From: a virus
Strand: one strand, 5' to 3'
IMG/VR virus record: IMGVR_UViG_3300009094_000001
Location: 8,579-72,578 of that record
DNA: 64,000 nucleotides
This document shows, piece by piece, positions 1 to 9,425 of this stretch. Made by a program: the position numbers and the translations under genes. Position 1 is the stretch's first letter; each line of letters opens with the position of its first letter. Below the pieces are notes generated by a model. It was not told where the DNA came from. It ran no database searches and saw only the letters and a list, made by a program, of their open reading frames with translations.

Positions 1-634
1 CCACAACGTCGGGGACCTCATGAAGGTTTTCTCGCCCGGCGAAATCGTGCTCAACGGCACCTACGTTATCCACACTCCGACGCACCAGTCGAAGAAAGGG
101 ACGGACCCGCTCAAAATCACCGTCATCGGTTTCAAGAAGAAGCAGTATGTCGAGAAGGTTTCTGGCGGAGCTAAAGGGTTGCTCGTGAACTCCGAGGCCG
201 AGGTCGAAGCCAACGGAGGCACCCTCAATTACGCGGTCTGGAAGCAGAACGACGACGCGCGCAAGACGAATCCTGCGCTGCCCGCCATCCGGCGATTCGA
301 GACGCTCGCAACCGCGTTGCTGCTGATTGAGCGCCCGGCGCATCTCACGGACAGCCTGCAATTTCCTTACGAGTTCGACGGCAAGTTTTACGCCCTCGCG
401 CTGTGGGGAATGAAGGGCACCGCGTTTACCAACGCCGCCAAGCATTTCTTCACCGCCCGCAAGATTGGTTTCTTGAAGACCGGTTATGCGGTCCGTTCGT
501 GGAACCTCACCACTCAGTTGGAGCCTTACAACAACGGCAACGTGTCGTGGATTCCTCAGGTGGAACCGTGCAAAGAAGCGAATTCCGACGCCTTCATTTC
601 CTTCGTCAAGGAAGTGATTGGTGCCGGCAACTAA
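1..634 (+). CDS. Putative phage ssDNA-binding/recombination protein (5' partial)
   Basis: Frame is open from position 2 (HNVGDL-MKVFSPGEIVLN); beta-rich and located upstream of the replication genes. Function inferred from context. Confidence 0.45.
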   Translation, partial: HNVGDLMKVFSPGEIVLNGTYVIHTPTHQSKKGTDPLKITVIGFKKKQYVEKVSGGAKGLLVNSEAEVEANGGTLNYAVWKQNDDARKTNPALPAIRRFETLATALLLIERPAHLTDSLQFPYEFDGKFYALALWGMKGTAFTNAAKHFFTARKIGFLKTGYAVRSWNLTTQLEPYNNGNVSWIPQVEPCKEANSDAFISFVKEVIGAGN

Positions 635-647
635 CCCACAAACACAC

Positions 648-875
648 ATGCCAAACACAACTACCAAGCCCGTCGGCCGGCCGCGCGCCGTCATCAAGCT
701 TCCGCGCAAGCGGGAATTCACCGTCGCGGACGTTATCGACATCAACGCGGTTTCGTCCCTCACGATTCGGAATTTCCTCAAGGAACTGATTCACACCGGG
801 AATCTCGTCACGGTAGGGACCACCAAGAACAAGGCCGGCCAGCGCGGGCGTCCTCGTTTCATCTATCGCCAGTAA
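648..875 (+). CDS. Small winged-helix DNA-binding protein with two GRPR (AT-hook-like) motifs
   Basis: MPNTTTKPVGRPR...VSSLTIRNFLKEL...GRPRFIY; ATG at 648 after an A/C-rich leader. Confidence 0.6.
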   Translation: MPNTTTKPVGRPRAVIKLPRKREFTVADVIDINAVSSLTIRNFLKELIHTGNLVTVGTTKNKAGQRGRPRFIYRQ

Positions 876-895
876 ACAACCCAGCCCCCGCGAAA

Positions 896-944
896 GGGGC
901 CGGGTGCAGAAGAAATTTTGCATCCGGCCCCCGACCTTTTGTTT
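896..944 (+). terminator. Long hairpin / probable intrinsic terminator
   Basis: GGGGCCGGGTGCAGAA-GAAA-TTTTGCATCCGGCCCC (16 bp including G-U pairs) followed by CGACCTTTTGTTT. Confidence 0.55.
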
Positions 945-1436
945 ATGACACAAATACCTCTCGGCAAAGACGGGAAGTTTTTTACCCTAGTCGATGACCA
1001 AGATGTCCCGTTTGTAAAACAAAACAGGTGGAGCAGACACCGGGGCCGAGGGACTTATTACGCCTCTCGATTGATTCACCGACGGGGAAAGCCCGCAAAA
1101 AGAATTTATCTGCATCGAGAGATTTTGTGCGCGGGCCGAGGTTTGAAGGTTGACCACCGAGACGGGAATGGATTGAACAACACTCGGGACAATTTACGGA
1201 CCGCAACAAACTCGCAAAATCATCAAGGAAAGATGACTCGCCCGGCCCATTTCAAAAGCAAGTTTCGCGGCGTGTATTGGCATAAGCAGAACAGAAATTG
1301 GTGCTCGCAGATTAAGTTTAATTACAAGAAGGCGCACCTCGGCTCCTTTTCTAAGGAGGAAGATGCCGCCCGTGCGTATGATTTAACCGCCCGAAAACTC
1401 TTTGGCGCGTTCGCTCAGTTGAATTTCCCGTCTTGA
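945..1436 (+). CDS. HNH-AP2 homing endonuclease
   Basis: LHREI..VDHRDGNGLNNTRDNLR HNH motif plus AP2 domain (FRGVYW..LGSF..EEDAARAYD). Confidence 0.9.
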   Translation: MTQIPLGKDGKFFTLVDDQDVPFVKQNRWSRHRGRGTYYASRLIHRRGKPAKRIYLHREILCAGRGLKVDHRDGNGLNNTRDNLRTATNSQNHQGKMTRPAHFKSKFRGVYWHKQNRNWCSQIKFNYKKAHLGSFSKEEDAARAYDLTARKLFGAFAQLNFPS

Positions 1437-1460
1437 CATGCGGCTGGCGTGTGGTAGATT
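1433..1460 (+). promoter_or_regulatory. sigma70-type promoter, leaderless
   Basis: TTGACA-N16-TAGATT; ATG 6 nt downstream (1467). Confidence 0.7.
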
Positions 1461-1466
1461 GGGGTA

Positions 1467-2084
1467 ATGATTATTGAGATAAATCGAGAGGAGTGGTTGC
1501 AGCGAGCGGTTCAAAAGCTGCGCCCCGTGTTTCTTGGGGCGGGGCACACAATTCCAGAACTTCGGGTTTCCGTCGGATGGCCCTCTAAAGGGGGGCTGGC
1601 GACAAAAAAGAGGGTTATCGGCCAGTGTTTTTACGGTCAATGTGCTGCTGACGGCAAGCCCCAGCTTTTCATCTCGCCGCTACTTGAGGAAGTCGGCGAC
1701 GCAGGCGGGGTGCTGCCGACCCTCGTCCACGAGGTTTGCCACGTCGCTGCCGGACCCGACGCGAAGCACGGCCCCCGATTCGTTAAGGTGATGAAGGCCC
1801 TCGGTCTCACCGGCAAGCCGACGGCTACAATTGCCGGCGAGGAGCTGCTGGCAAGGCTGCGCGAGATTTCAACGGAGCTGGGGCCCTTTCCGCACTCCAA
1901 GCTGGTTCCAATCAAGGATTACAAGCCTCAAAGCACGCGCATGATTAAGTGTGCCTGCGCACAGTGCGGATACCAAATTCGGCTGACTCGGAAGTGGCTT
2001 GAAGTCGGAATCCCGGAATGTCCGGTCGATAACCACGGGGAGCTGGAACAGGAAATCAAATTCAACGAACCGCCAAACGAATGA
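1467..2084 (+). CDS. SprT-like zinc metalloprotease
   Basis: LVHEVCH...HGPRF motif and C-terminal CxCxxC...CP zinc ribbon. Confidence 0.8.
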   Translation: MIIEINREEWLQRAVQKLRPVFLGAGHTIPELRVSVGWPSKGGLATKKRVIGQCFYGQCAADGKPQLFISPLLEEVGDAGGVLPTLVHEVCHVAAGPDAKHGPRFVKVMKALGLTGKPTATIAGEELLARLREISTELGPFPHSKLVPIKDYKPQSTRMIKCACAQCGYQIRLTRKWLEVGIPECPVDNHGELEQEIKFNEPPNE

Positions 2085-2290
2085 GCCCGCCCCCCGCCCT
2101 CGGATTGACAGACTACCCCTGTCCGCTTTGCGCGGCCCGACTGTGGGTCCAGCCCGGGACTCAACTAGACCCGAATGATGGCGTCACGGTATATTGTGCT
2201 AATTTGAATTGCCCCGCCCCCGAAGTGTTCGGCCACGGAAGCAATGAAAAGTCTGCGTATCAAATCATCAAAGAAAAATATCGCCCATGA
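2081..2290 (+). CDS. Small zinc-finger protein
   Basis: CPLC...CANLNC; ATGA overlaps with neighbours. Confidence 0.55.
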   Translation: MSPPPALGLTDYPCPLCAARLWVQPGTQLDPNDGVTVYCANLNCPAPEVFGHGSNEKSAYQIIKEKYRP

Positions 2291-2748
2291 GATTCTCGGG
2301 AGAAGAGCACTGCGAAGGTAAAAAGGTCTCGGCTGAGCGGGTCTGGGAAATCTACTGCAAGCTGTTAATCCGCTTTCAAACATTCCGGTGCCCCGGCCAA
2401 TTGAACCCGGTGATGGAAATCAAGCCGACGCGTCGCGGCTGTGCATACTATGCCCCGCTCCCGGGCTTTGTGATTCCGGCCCACATACTCGACACCTGCG
2501 AGGAATATGTGATTTTTTACATCTCACACGAGCTGTCGCATCACGCTTATGGCAGAATTCAACACGGGCCGGAGATGTGCAAGGTGGAGCGGGACATGCT
2601 GGCCCCGTTCGATATTTTTATCCACTACCGAGGCGGGTTCGGTAAAAACCAGCCTTGGTATCCTAGAGCGCTAACCCGGTCCACTGGTAGGGTTATTTGT
2701 GAAGTGGTCCGAGAGAACAGAAGAACCGTCGTAAAAATAAAATCATGA
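2287..2748 (+). CDS. Second SprT-like HExxH protein
   Basis: YISHELSHH...HGPE motif. Confidence 0.6.
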   Translation: MRFSGEEHCEGKKVSAERVWEIYCKLLIRFQTFRCPGQLNPVMEIKPTRRGCAYYAPLPGFVIPAHILDTCEEYVIFYISHELSHHAYGRIQHGPEMCKVERDMLAPFDIFIHYRGGFGKNQPWYPRALTRSTGRVICEVVRENRRTVVKIKS

Positions 2749-3350
2749 CACAAGAACAAATCGAAAAATTCATCCGCATTGGAAGAAAGTCCGGCTGGCC
2801 GGCGCTAACGAACGCGCCGCACAACCTTAGCGCCGCTGACGCGTCCACTGTTTATTTTGAATCGCGTAGGAGGGATGCTTCTGCAATGATATTTTCTTCA
2901 ATTTCTCCGGCGATGAAGCTCGAAGCGAACCCCGTCGTGTCCGCCAAGCGCCGGGTGCGCGCGTGGAAGAAACTTCTCAAGCCGCAGCCTTTCCCGGCCA
3001 ACGCGGGCGAGTGCATCCGAACCTCGGCCGAGGTGCCGGCTGGATACATCCCGTCGAAACTCAACCGCTCCTCGGTCAAATCCTGTGCGCTTGCGGAGTC
3101 TACGCGAATCCGCGCCGGCAAGTTCAAGCGCGTGTCGCCCTCGTTCGTGAAGCAAGTCGAGGCTGAGCTGGAAAACATCATCCGAGGCATCGGCGGAGCG
3201 GAGGATAGCGAAGCCCCTCCCGGGGAGTGGGATTTCCTCAACCGCAAGCAAATCTCCGCTCGGGTATTCGAGCAGCTCAACCGCGCGGTGCGAAAAATCA
3301 TCCTGCGCAAAGTGCGCGGGTATCCCTCCAAAGGTCAGACATTGAAATGA
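2745..3350 (+). CDS. Basic protein with C-terminal histone-fold-like region
   Basis: LNRSSVK..AL...KRVSPSFVKQVEAELENII...SKGQTLK resembles the alpha1-L1(RVS)-alpha2-L2(KT) pattern of prokaryotic histones. Confidence 0.45.
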   Translation: MTQEQIEKFIRIGRKSGWPALTNAPHNLSAADASTVYFESRRRDASAMIFSSISPAMKLEANPVVSAKRRVRAWKKLLKPQPFPANAGECIRTSAEVPAGYIPSKLNRSSVKSCALAESTRIRAGKFKRVSPSFVKQVEAELENIIRGIGGAEDSEAPPGEWDFLNRKQISARVFEQLNRAVRKIILRKVRGYPSKGQTLK

Positions 3351-3380
3351 CTTGACGAAACGACGAAAAGCCGGACCTTT
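3351..3380 (+). promoter_or_regulatory. Class II (phage-sigma) promoter
   Basis: CTTGACG-N15-GGACCTTT upstream of the DNA polymerase operon. Confidence 0.7.
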
Positions 3381-3391
3381 ATCCCGACTCA

Positions 3392-3595
3392 ATGTCTATC
3401 CCCGCGAAACCCAAGAGAACCAATCATTACAACGTGTTGTTCAACACGCTGGCCAAGCCGCTAGACTTAACCCACCCGGACGCAAATATGTTTGGGGCGT
3501 TTCCCTGTCCCTACTGTCAATCCATCTTTCGTTGGCCGAATCAGAAGAAACAACTCGTGTGTGATGATTGTGGTCTGGAACAACCGCTCGAATGA
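3392..3595 (+). CDS. Small zinc-ribbon protein
   Basis: CPYC...CDDC. Confidence 0.55.
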   Translation: MSIPAKPKRTNHYNVLFNTLAKPLDLTHPDANMFGAFPCPYCQSIFRWPNQKKQLVCDDCGLEQPLE

Positions 3596-5613
3596 ATACC
3601 ATCGGAGTTGACTTTGAGACCTTCTATCACAAGAAGCTGAAATACGGCATCGAGTGGCAGGGCGTTTGGAAATACTGCGATGATGCGCGCTTCGACCCCT
3701 ACCTGATTTCCGTTTACGACGGCTCCGAAGCTTGGGCCGGGCATCCTCGGGATTTTAACTGGAATTCTCTCGACGGTGCCCACCTTCTCTCACACAACGC
3801 TCAATTCGAGCGAACCGTTCACGCGGCGATGGTGCGCAAGAACCTTGCACCATCCTTGAACATCCCTAGATGGACTTGCACAGCTAACATGACTTCGTAT
3901 CTGTGCAACCGAAGGGCGCTCGACAAGGCTACGGAATTTTTATTGGGGGTCAAGATTTCCAAGGAGGTTCGGGATTACGCGGACGGAAAACACTGGGCGG
4001 ATATCGTCTCGGACGGACGCGCAGACGACATGCTGGCGTATGGCCGTTCCGACGTGGTGTATTGCCACGGGCTGTGGACCCGCTATGGACACCTCTGGCC
4101 GGAATGGGAACAAAGGGTCTCCGAGCTGACCATTCGGCAGGGCATGCGCGGGATTCAAATCAACGTTGAGCTGCTCAAGGAATACATCGTTGTCGCTACG
4201 CAGATGTTGCAAGCAACCGAGCGACTCTTACCGTGGATTGAGGAAGGCCGCGCGCCGACGAGCCCCAAGGCAATTGCAGAGGCTTGCCGCGCGGCGGATA
4301 TTCCGTGTCCCCCGGTGCAGTCTCATTTTGAAGACGGGGCGGAGCGGATGATGCAGTGGGAAGCCGCGTATGGACCGCGCTTCCCGTGGGTCGTCAACGT
4401 GTCAAGCTGGCGGCAGATTAACAAGTTCCTCGACTCGCTGCAAACGATTTCAGAGAGGCTACAAGACGATGGGATTTTTGCTTTCGGGCTCAAGTATTTT
4501 GGAGCGCACACCGGGAGATGGTCCGGGGCGGAGGGGTTCAACATGCAGAATCTACGCAAGACCCCCTTGTATCGAGACGAGGCCGGGTTGTTGATTGTGG
4601 ACCCCGCGCGGCTCAAGGAAATCGAGCGGGAGAAGGTGCTCCCATCTTACGTTACTTTTGCCCTCGATATTCGCAAGCTTTTTATTCCTCGTGCCGGGCG
4701 CAAGATGATTGTCTGTGATAGTTCGCAAATTGAGCCTCGCTGCCTCTCGTGGAGCGTCCAAGACCAAGCCAAGCTGGACATGTTGCGCGCGGGCAAGTCT
4801 CCGTATCAAGCGCACGCCGAATTAACGATGGGCTGGGACGGCGGAGACCTGAAAAAACTTATCGCCAGCGGACGCAAGGACCTCGCGGATTTTTATGCGC
4901 TGTCGAAGGCCCGAGAGCTTGGGCTGGGGTTCGGATGCGGATGGAAAAAATTTATCTTCATGGCGATGGACCTCGCGCAATATGACGTGACTAAGGACGA
5001 CCCCGAAGTCACTCCGAAGCTTAGCAAGACCGGTGAACCATGTCTCGACAAGGAGGGGAACATCATCATGGAATCTGGATACGGATTCAACTCCAAGCGC
5101 ATCGTCAAGGAGTGGCGCGCGGCAAACCCCTTGATTGCGGCGCGAGATTTCGACCACCCGGAAAATAACGGGCTCTGGGCGAGACTCGACGAAGCGTTCA
5201 AGGCTTCCTCCGGCCGGGATTTCGAGATTGAGTTACCATCCGGTCGGTGCCTGCGCTATGGTCAGGTGCGCCGCGAGTGCCGGACGGAGCAGGACGAGGA
5301 TACCGGCGCGTTTGTGCGACGCTGGGTCACCACTGCAAATATCGGCGGGCGGCGATTCGTCATCTATGGCGGGAAGCTTACAGAGAACATGATTCAAGCT
5401 TTTGCGCGGGACGTGTTTGCGCAGCAATTACTGGAACTTGACAATACTCCGGGAATTGCTACCTTGTTCTCGTCACACGACGAAGCGATTTTGGAAGCCG
5501 ACAACCATATCACCGAGGCCGACGTGCAAACCATCATGTCGAAAGCCCCCGACTGGGCACCCGGGCTGCCGGTTGCAGCCGAGGCAAAAGAAGTCCCCCA
5601 CTATGTTAAATAA
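3592..5613 (+). CDS. polA: Family A DNA polymerase with 3'-5' exonuclease
   Basis: ExoI VDFET; HTGRWS..FNMQNL; motif A DSSQIEPR; motif B KARELGLGFG; motif C HDE. ATG at 3592. Confidence 0.95.
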   Translation: MNTIGVDFETFYHKKLKYGIEWQGVWKYCDDARFDPYLISVYDGSEAWAGHPRDFNWNSLDGAHLLSHNAQFERTVHAAMVRKNLAPSLNIPRWTCTANMTSYLCNRRALDKATEFLLGVKISKEVRDYADGKHWADIVSDGRADDMLAYGRSDVVYCHGLWTRYGHLWPEWEQRVSELTIRQGMRGIQINVELLKEYIVVATQMLQATERLLPWIEEGRAPTSPKAIAEACRAADIPCPPVQSHFEDGAERMMQWEAAYGPRFPWVVNVSSWRQINKFLDSLQTISERLQDDGIFAFGLKYFGAHTGRWSGAEGFNMQNLRKTPLYRDEAGLLIVDPARLKEIEREKVLPSYVTFALDIRKLFIPRAGRKMIVCDSSQIEPRCLSWSVQDQAKLDMLRAGKSPYQAHAELTMGWDGGDLKKLIASGRKDLADFYALSKARELGLGFGCGWKKFIFMAMDLAQYDVTKDDPEVTPKLSKTGEPCLDKEGNIIMESGYGFNSKRIVKEWRAANPLIAARDFDHPENNGLWARLDEAFKASSGRDFEIELPSGRCLRYGQVRRECRTEQDEDTGAFVRRWVTTANIGGRRFVIYGGKLTENMIQAFARDVFAQQLLELDNTPGIATLFSSHDEAILEADNHITEADVQTIMSKAPDWAPGLPVAAEAKEVPHYVK

Positions 5614-5853
5614 ATGAATGCTATTGCTTACAAAACCAAAGACGGGCTTTATTGCATCGCCCCGGCCCCCTCTTTCAGCTCCCGTCACTACTCGTTGGAC
5701 ATTCCGTATTGCTCCATCCGCCGGGCGATTTATACCCGGTCTAGTTTGTGCTTTGCGGATGCCGACCCCCACGAGGTCTGTGAAGTCCTCACGCGAGAAT
5801 ACCGAAGAAATGGGGAAAGACACCAAGGCTTCCCAGTTTTTGAGGAAGTCTGA
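5614..5853 (+). CDS. Hypothetical protein
   Basis: ORF tightly fills the gap between the polymerase and primase genes. Confidence 0.5.
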   Translation: MNAIAYKTKDGLYCIAPAPSFSSRHYSLDIPYCSIRRAIYTRSSLCFADADPHEVCEVLTREYRRNGERHQGFPVFEEV

Positions 5854-8066
5854 TGTTTTTCCTTCGCAATCTTTCGTCCATCGACATCTCCCCCGGGTTA
5901 CCGTGGGAATTCACCGCGCTGGACCGCGTTCCTGTGCAGGCCCTCGGCAAGGAGGGCAAAAAAGCGCGCACGGAATGGATAACGAATCCTAAGACAGACT
6001 TCCACGTTTACACGCTATTCGAGGGCGTGAATTCCAACCTGCGCGTCCGCGCGCCGGGTAACGACGGGGAAGGAAACCCCGCGCGAGTTTTGCACGGGCT
6101 ACCGCTAGATTACGACTTCCCCCTTGCCGAGGCAGAAATTCTCGCCGGCATCGAACGTATGCCGCCCGACCTCCGACCGAACTGGCGGGAAACAACGCTC
6201 TCGGGAAATCTTCGCCTCCTATGGCTTTTTGCGTTTCCGGTAAATCTCCCCAGCCACGAGTTTGCAATCGAATTTCTGAAATCCCTCGACGCCGTTATCC
6301 CGTTCCGCAATCTCGCCGGCATCGACGAGTCCGCCCTCATTGCGCCGGAACGTCTATACACCAACGGCTGTCGTTGGCAGAAAATCAACCCGAATCCTTT
6401 TCCTCACGCGCTGCTAGCCGGCCACTTCATCAAGTTCTCTGATAAGTTCGATTGGAAGGGCGACAAGGACGCAACCCTCATCCCCCTCGATATCGTGGCT
6501 GAGCAGCTCCGACAAAAATTCCCGCGCTTCTCAGAATGGCCCGGGGATTTCGTGGAAGGCGCGCAGGGCCCTTCTTTTTGGATTGATGGGTCCGAGTCTC
6601 CGAAGTCCGCAATCGTTCGGCAGACCGGCATGCAGTCGATGGCGGCGCACCGGAGCAAGCCGTTTTACTTTTGGCCGGAACTAATCGGCGTGGAGTTTTG
6701 TAGCCGATACAAAACCGAGCAAATCGGGAAGGCCACCGACGGAATTTTTTACGACGAGAAGCAATACTATTCGCTGAATCAGGCCGGGGTTTGGTGCGCA
6801 GACCCAAAGGAGAATATCGTCGGACTCCTGAAAACCGAGCGCGGCCTTTCCGACCTCAAGCGCAAGGGCGAAACGACCTCGGAGATAGAAAGGGCCCTCG
6901 TGCATATCCAGCGTCGGAACCGCGTGCGCGTGGCTGCGCCGTTCGCCTTTTTCCCGGCCGGGCGAACCACTCTACTCGGAGAATCCGTCTTGAACACTCA
7001 CACACGAAAAGCGATGACGCCCGCTGAAAAACCCGGTCCGTTTCCCTTCATCGATAAGTTTCTCCGCACTCTGTTTAACCCCGCCGAGCAATACGAATTT
7101 TTCATCTCGTGGCTGAGTTACTATTACAAGGCTTGCCACGCAAGGAGCCCCCGCTCCGGGCACGCATTATACATGTTCGGCGGCACCAGCGTAGGAAAAA
7201 CCTTTTGCATGCGCGGAATCGTCGGCGGTCTCGTCGGCGGCTTCGCAGAACCGCAAGCTTTCTTCACGGGCGAGGACAGTTTTAACAGCGAGCTTTTTGA
7301 CTACGCATTATGGTGCATCGACGACGGCTCCCTCAGCAAGAACTACGCGATGCACCACAAGGTTACAGAGACCATCAAACGCACCGTAGCTAACCCCACG
7401 ATGCGCTGTCGCGGTCTCTATTCCAAGGGTGCAACGGTTAGTTGTCAACCAAGGATTTCTATCACGGGCAATCTCGACGAGGAGTCCAAGAAAAACCTCC
7501 CGGACATGGACATGTCACTCCGGGAAAAAATCATGGTGCTAAAAACTCACGAGCACGCGCAGGTGGAATTTCTGCCCTTCGATGAAATGACCGCGATGCT
7601 GGCCCGGGAGCTTCCATACTTTGCCCGATTTCTTCTGGACTGGGAAATTCCGCCGCAATGCAAGGCAACGGACCCGCGTTTCGGCGTGGCGAATTACCTC
7701 GAAAAGTCTCTCGTCGAATCCGCGAACCAGAACAGCATCTCTGGCGCGTTCAGCGAAATCCTCGACGAGTGGCAGACCATGTATTTTACGCAATACGAAC
7801 CGGGAGCTGATAAGTGGGAGGGGACTTCGTTGCAACTCTACAAGTCGATTATGCAGGACCATACCCTCGTTGAGGCGATGCGTCCTTTCGGAGTTCAGAA
7901 CGTCGGACGCATGTTGATTTCCCTCGCGAACAAGCACGTATTCAACATCTCAGTCTCCGGCGACGAAGGTCGGCGCATGTTTACCATCCCGAGAGATGTT
8001 TCTCGCTTCCCAAAAACAAAAAGCTTGATTGTTCCGGGGAACAGTGTAAAGTTCACAAAAGTATGA
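5853..8066 (+). CDS. Primase-helicase (D5-like/SF3-type P-loop NTPase)
   Basis: N-terminal primase-like region (LDYD, ETTLSGNLRLLW); Walker A GGTSVGKT; Walker B WCIDD; sensor ITGN. Confidence 0.8.
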   Translation: MFFLRNLSSIDISPGLPWEFTALDRVPVQALGKEGKKARTEWITNPKTDFHVYTLFEGVNSNLRVRAPGNDGEGNPARVLHGLPLDYDFPLAEAEILAGIERMPPDLRPNWRETTLSGNLRLLWLFAFPVNLPSHEFAIEFLKSLDAVIPFRNLAGIDESALIAPERLYTNGCRWQKINPNPFPHALLAGHFIKFSDKFDWKGDKDATLIPLDIVAEQLRQKFPRFSEWPGDFVEGAQGPSFWIDGSESPKSAIVRQTGMQSMAAHRSKPFYFWPELIGVEFCSRYKTEQIGKATDGIFYDEKQYYSLNQAGVWCADPKENIVGLLKTERGLSDLKRKGETTSEIERALVHIQRRNRVRVAAPFAFFPAGRTTLLGESVLNTHTRKAMTPAEKPGPFPFIDKFLRTLFNPAEQYEFFISWLSYYYKACHARSPRSGHALYMFGGTSVGKTFCMRGIVGGLVGGFAEPQAFFTGEDSFNSELFDYALWCIDDGSLSKNYAMHHKVTETIKRTVANPTMRCRGLYSKGATVSCQPRISITGNLDEESKKNLPDMDMSLREKIMVLKTHEHAQVEFLPFDEMTAMLARELPYFARFLLDWEIPPQCKATDPRFGVANYLEKSLVESANQNSISGAFSEILDEWQTMYFTQYEPGADKWEGTSLQLYKSIMQDHTLVEAMRPFGVQNVGRMLISLANKHVFNISVSGDEGRRMFTIPRDVSRFPKTKSLIVPGNSVKFTKV

Positions 8067-8245
8067 CTCCCGAGAAAGAACTGGTCCTAATCATCAAAGG
8101 CGCAATCTCTGAATTGCCCGCCGCCCAACGCGAAGCTGTCGAAGAGTTGGCAGACCATATTCGCAGGGCGCTTGTGACAGCGGGAGACCCCGTCGCATCT
8201 ATGGCCCTTGCCCTCGTCGGAGCAGAAGCAGCAGCCCGAGAGTGA
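8063..8245 (+). CDS. Hypothetical protein
   Basis: 60-aa ORF with ATGA/GTGA overlaps on both sides. Confidence 0.55.
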   Translation: MTPEKELVLIIKGAISELPAAQREAVEELADHIRRALVTAGDPVASMALALVGAEAAARE

Positions 8246-8895
8246 GTATGTCTGAATACTACAAACCAACAGAAGATTTGAGATTTGAGCCGCTGAATGG
8301 CGAGGAAGAGCGGGCGCTTTTCGACGCCGCGCGCTCCGGCTGCGAACACGCGAAGGAATTCATTATCCGAAGCCATCTTCTGTTTGCCGCCAAAGAAGGA
8401 CGCCGCTGGGCGCGCGGAGGACTGCCCGAGGACGAGGTGATATCCGCCGCGAACTTTGCGCTGATGAAAGCTTACGAGGCGTTCGACCACACGCGCGGGA
8501 ACCGCTTCGCGTCGTTCCTGCGCCCTTTTATCCGGGGGAGAATCGCGGAACTCTGGCGGGCGCAGAACGTGGTCGGCGAACATCAACGGAAGTTCGTTGA
8601 CAAGGAAGAACAGCCGGCCGGCAAGCTTCAAGAGCCGGTGGTTTATCAGGAGGTGGAAAGCGAGGACCACGCACGATTTCTGGAAAAGATGGTCAACGAG
8701 GCCAAGCAGGCGGTGCTGACGGAGAGGGAAAGAATCGTCCTCGACCAACACTTCGGGGCAGGCAAGGAAATGACGAAGATTGCGAAGCAACTCAAGTTAA
8801 CCCGCGAGCGCATTCGGCAAATCAAGGAGTGCGCGCTGCGAAAGCTGAACCGGGAACTGACCTTGCGCATGAAACTTGCGGGGGTGCAGAGATGA
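8242..8895 (+). CDS. Phage-encoded sigma-70-family sigma factor
   Basis: Region 1.2 (PLNGEEERAL), region 2 (FDHTRGNRFASF) and region 4 (IAKQLKLTRERIRQIKECALRKL). Confidence 0.9.
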   Translation: MSMSEYYKPTEDLRFEPLNGEEERALFDAARSGCEHAKEFIIRSHLLFAAKEGRRWARGGLPEDEVISAANFALMKAYEAFDHTRGNRFASFLRPFIRGRIAELWRAQNVVGEHQRKFVDKEEQPAGKLQEPVVYQEVESEDHARFLEKMVNEAKQAVLTERERIVLDQHFGAGKEMTKIAKQLKLTRERIRQIKECALRKLNRELTLRMKLAGVQR

Positions 8896-9425
8896 GAATC
8901 CTCGCGCTCGATTTAGGAACGATGACCGGATGGGCCATCTCGGGATACCATTTCAGCGCCGTTTTTGCTGGGACGTGGGTTCTTGAAACCCCGCGCGGCA
9001 TGCGCTACGCAAAAAAGCTGCGCATGGACCGGCGGCTAGACCCCCGGGTAATGGCGCTGGTGAATCACCTTGGGGAAGTGCATCGGAAAACCCCGCTTGA
9101 TTACATCGTGTTTGAGGACGTGCGATTCGCGAGTTCGCAGGCTCAGGCCCACCTTTGGGCAAGCTTTCGCGGCGCGGTCTGGGCGTTCGCGCACCTAAAC
9201 GGGATTCAGACGGAGTGCCTCGATACCGGCAAGCTGAAAATCTTCGCGACCGGCTCCGGTTCCGCAGACAAGCCGGCAATGTCGGCGGCGCTTGTGCGGC
9301 AATTCCCGGGCGTCTTCGCGCACGAAAAAGGGCTTGTGAAACACCGCGAAACGGGGACCTTATTGGGAGACGACGCAGTCGATGCCATCCACCTTTTGAA
9401 TTGGGCTCAGTCCATCCTGAAATGA
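8892..9425 (+). CDS. RuvC-like Holliday junction resolvase
   Basis: ILALDLG, IVFEDV, LKIFATGSGSADK, DDAVDA. Confidence 0.85.
   Translation: MRILALDLGTMTGWAISGYHFSAVFAGTWVLETPRGMRYAKKLRMDRRLDPRVMALVNHLGEVHRKTPLDYIVFEDVRFASSQAQAHLWASFRGAVWAFAHLNGIQTECLDTGKLKIFATGSGSADKPAMSAALVRQFPGVFAHEKGLVKHRETGTLLGDDAVDAIHLLNWAQSILK

Noticed and set aside
4980-5090. Intein or intron in the DNA polymerase
   Set aside because: The insertion after motif B is only about 35 aa, in frame, with no intein terminal motifs or intron structure.
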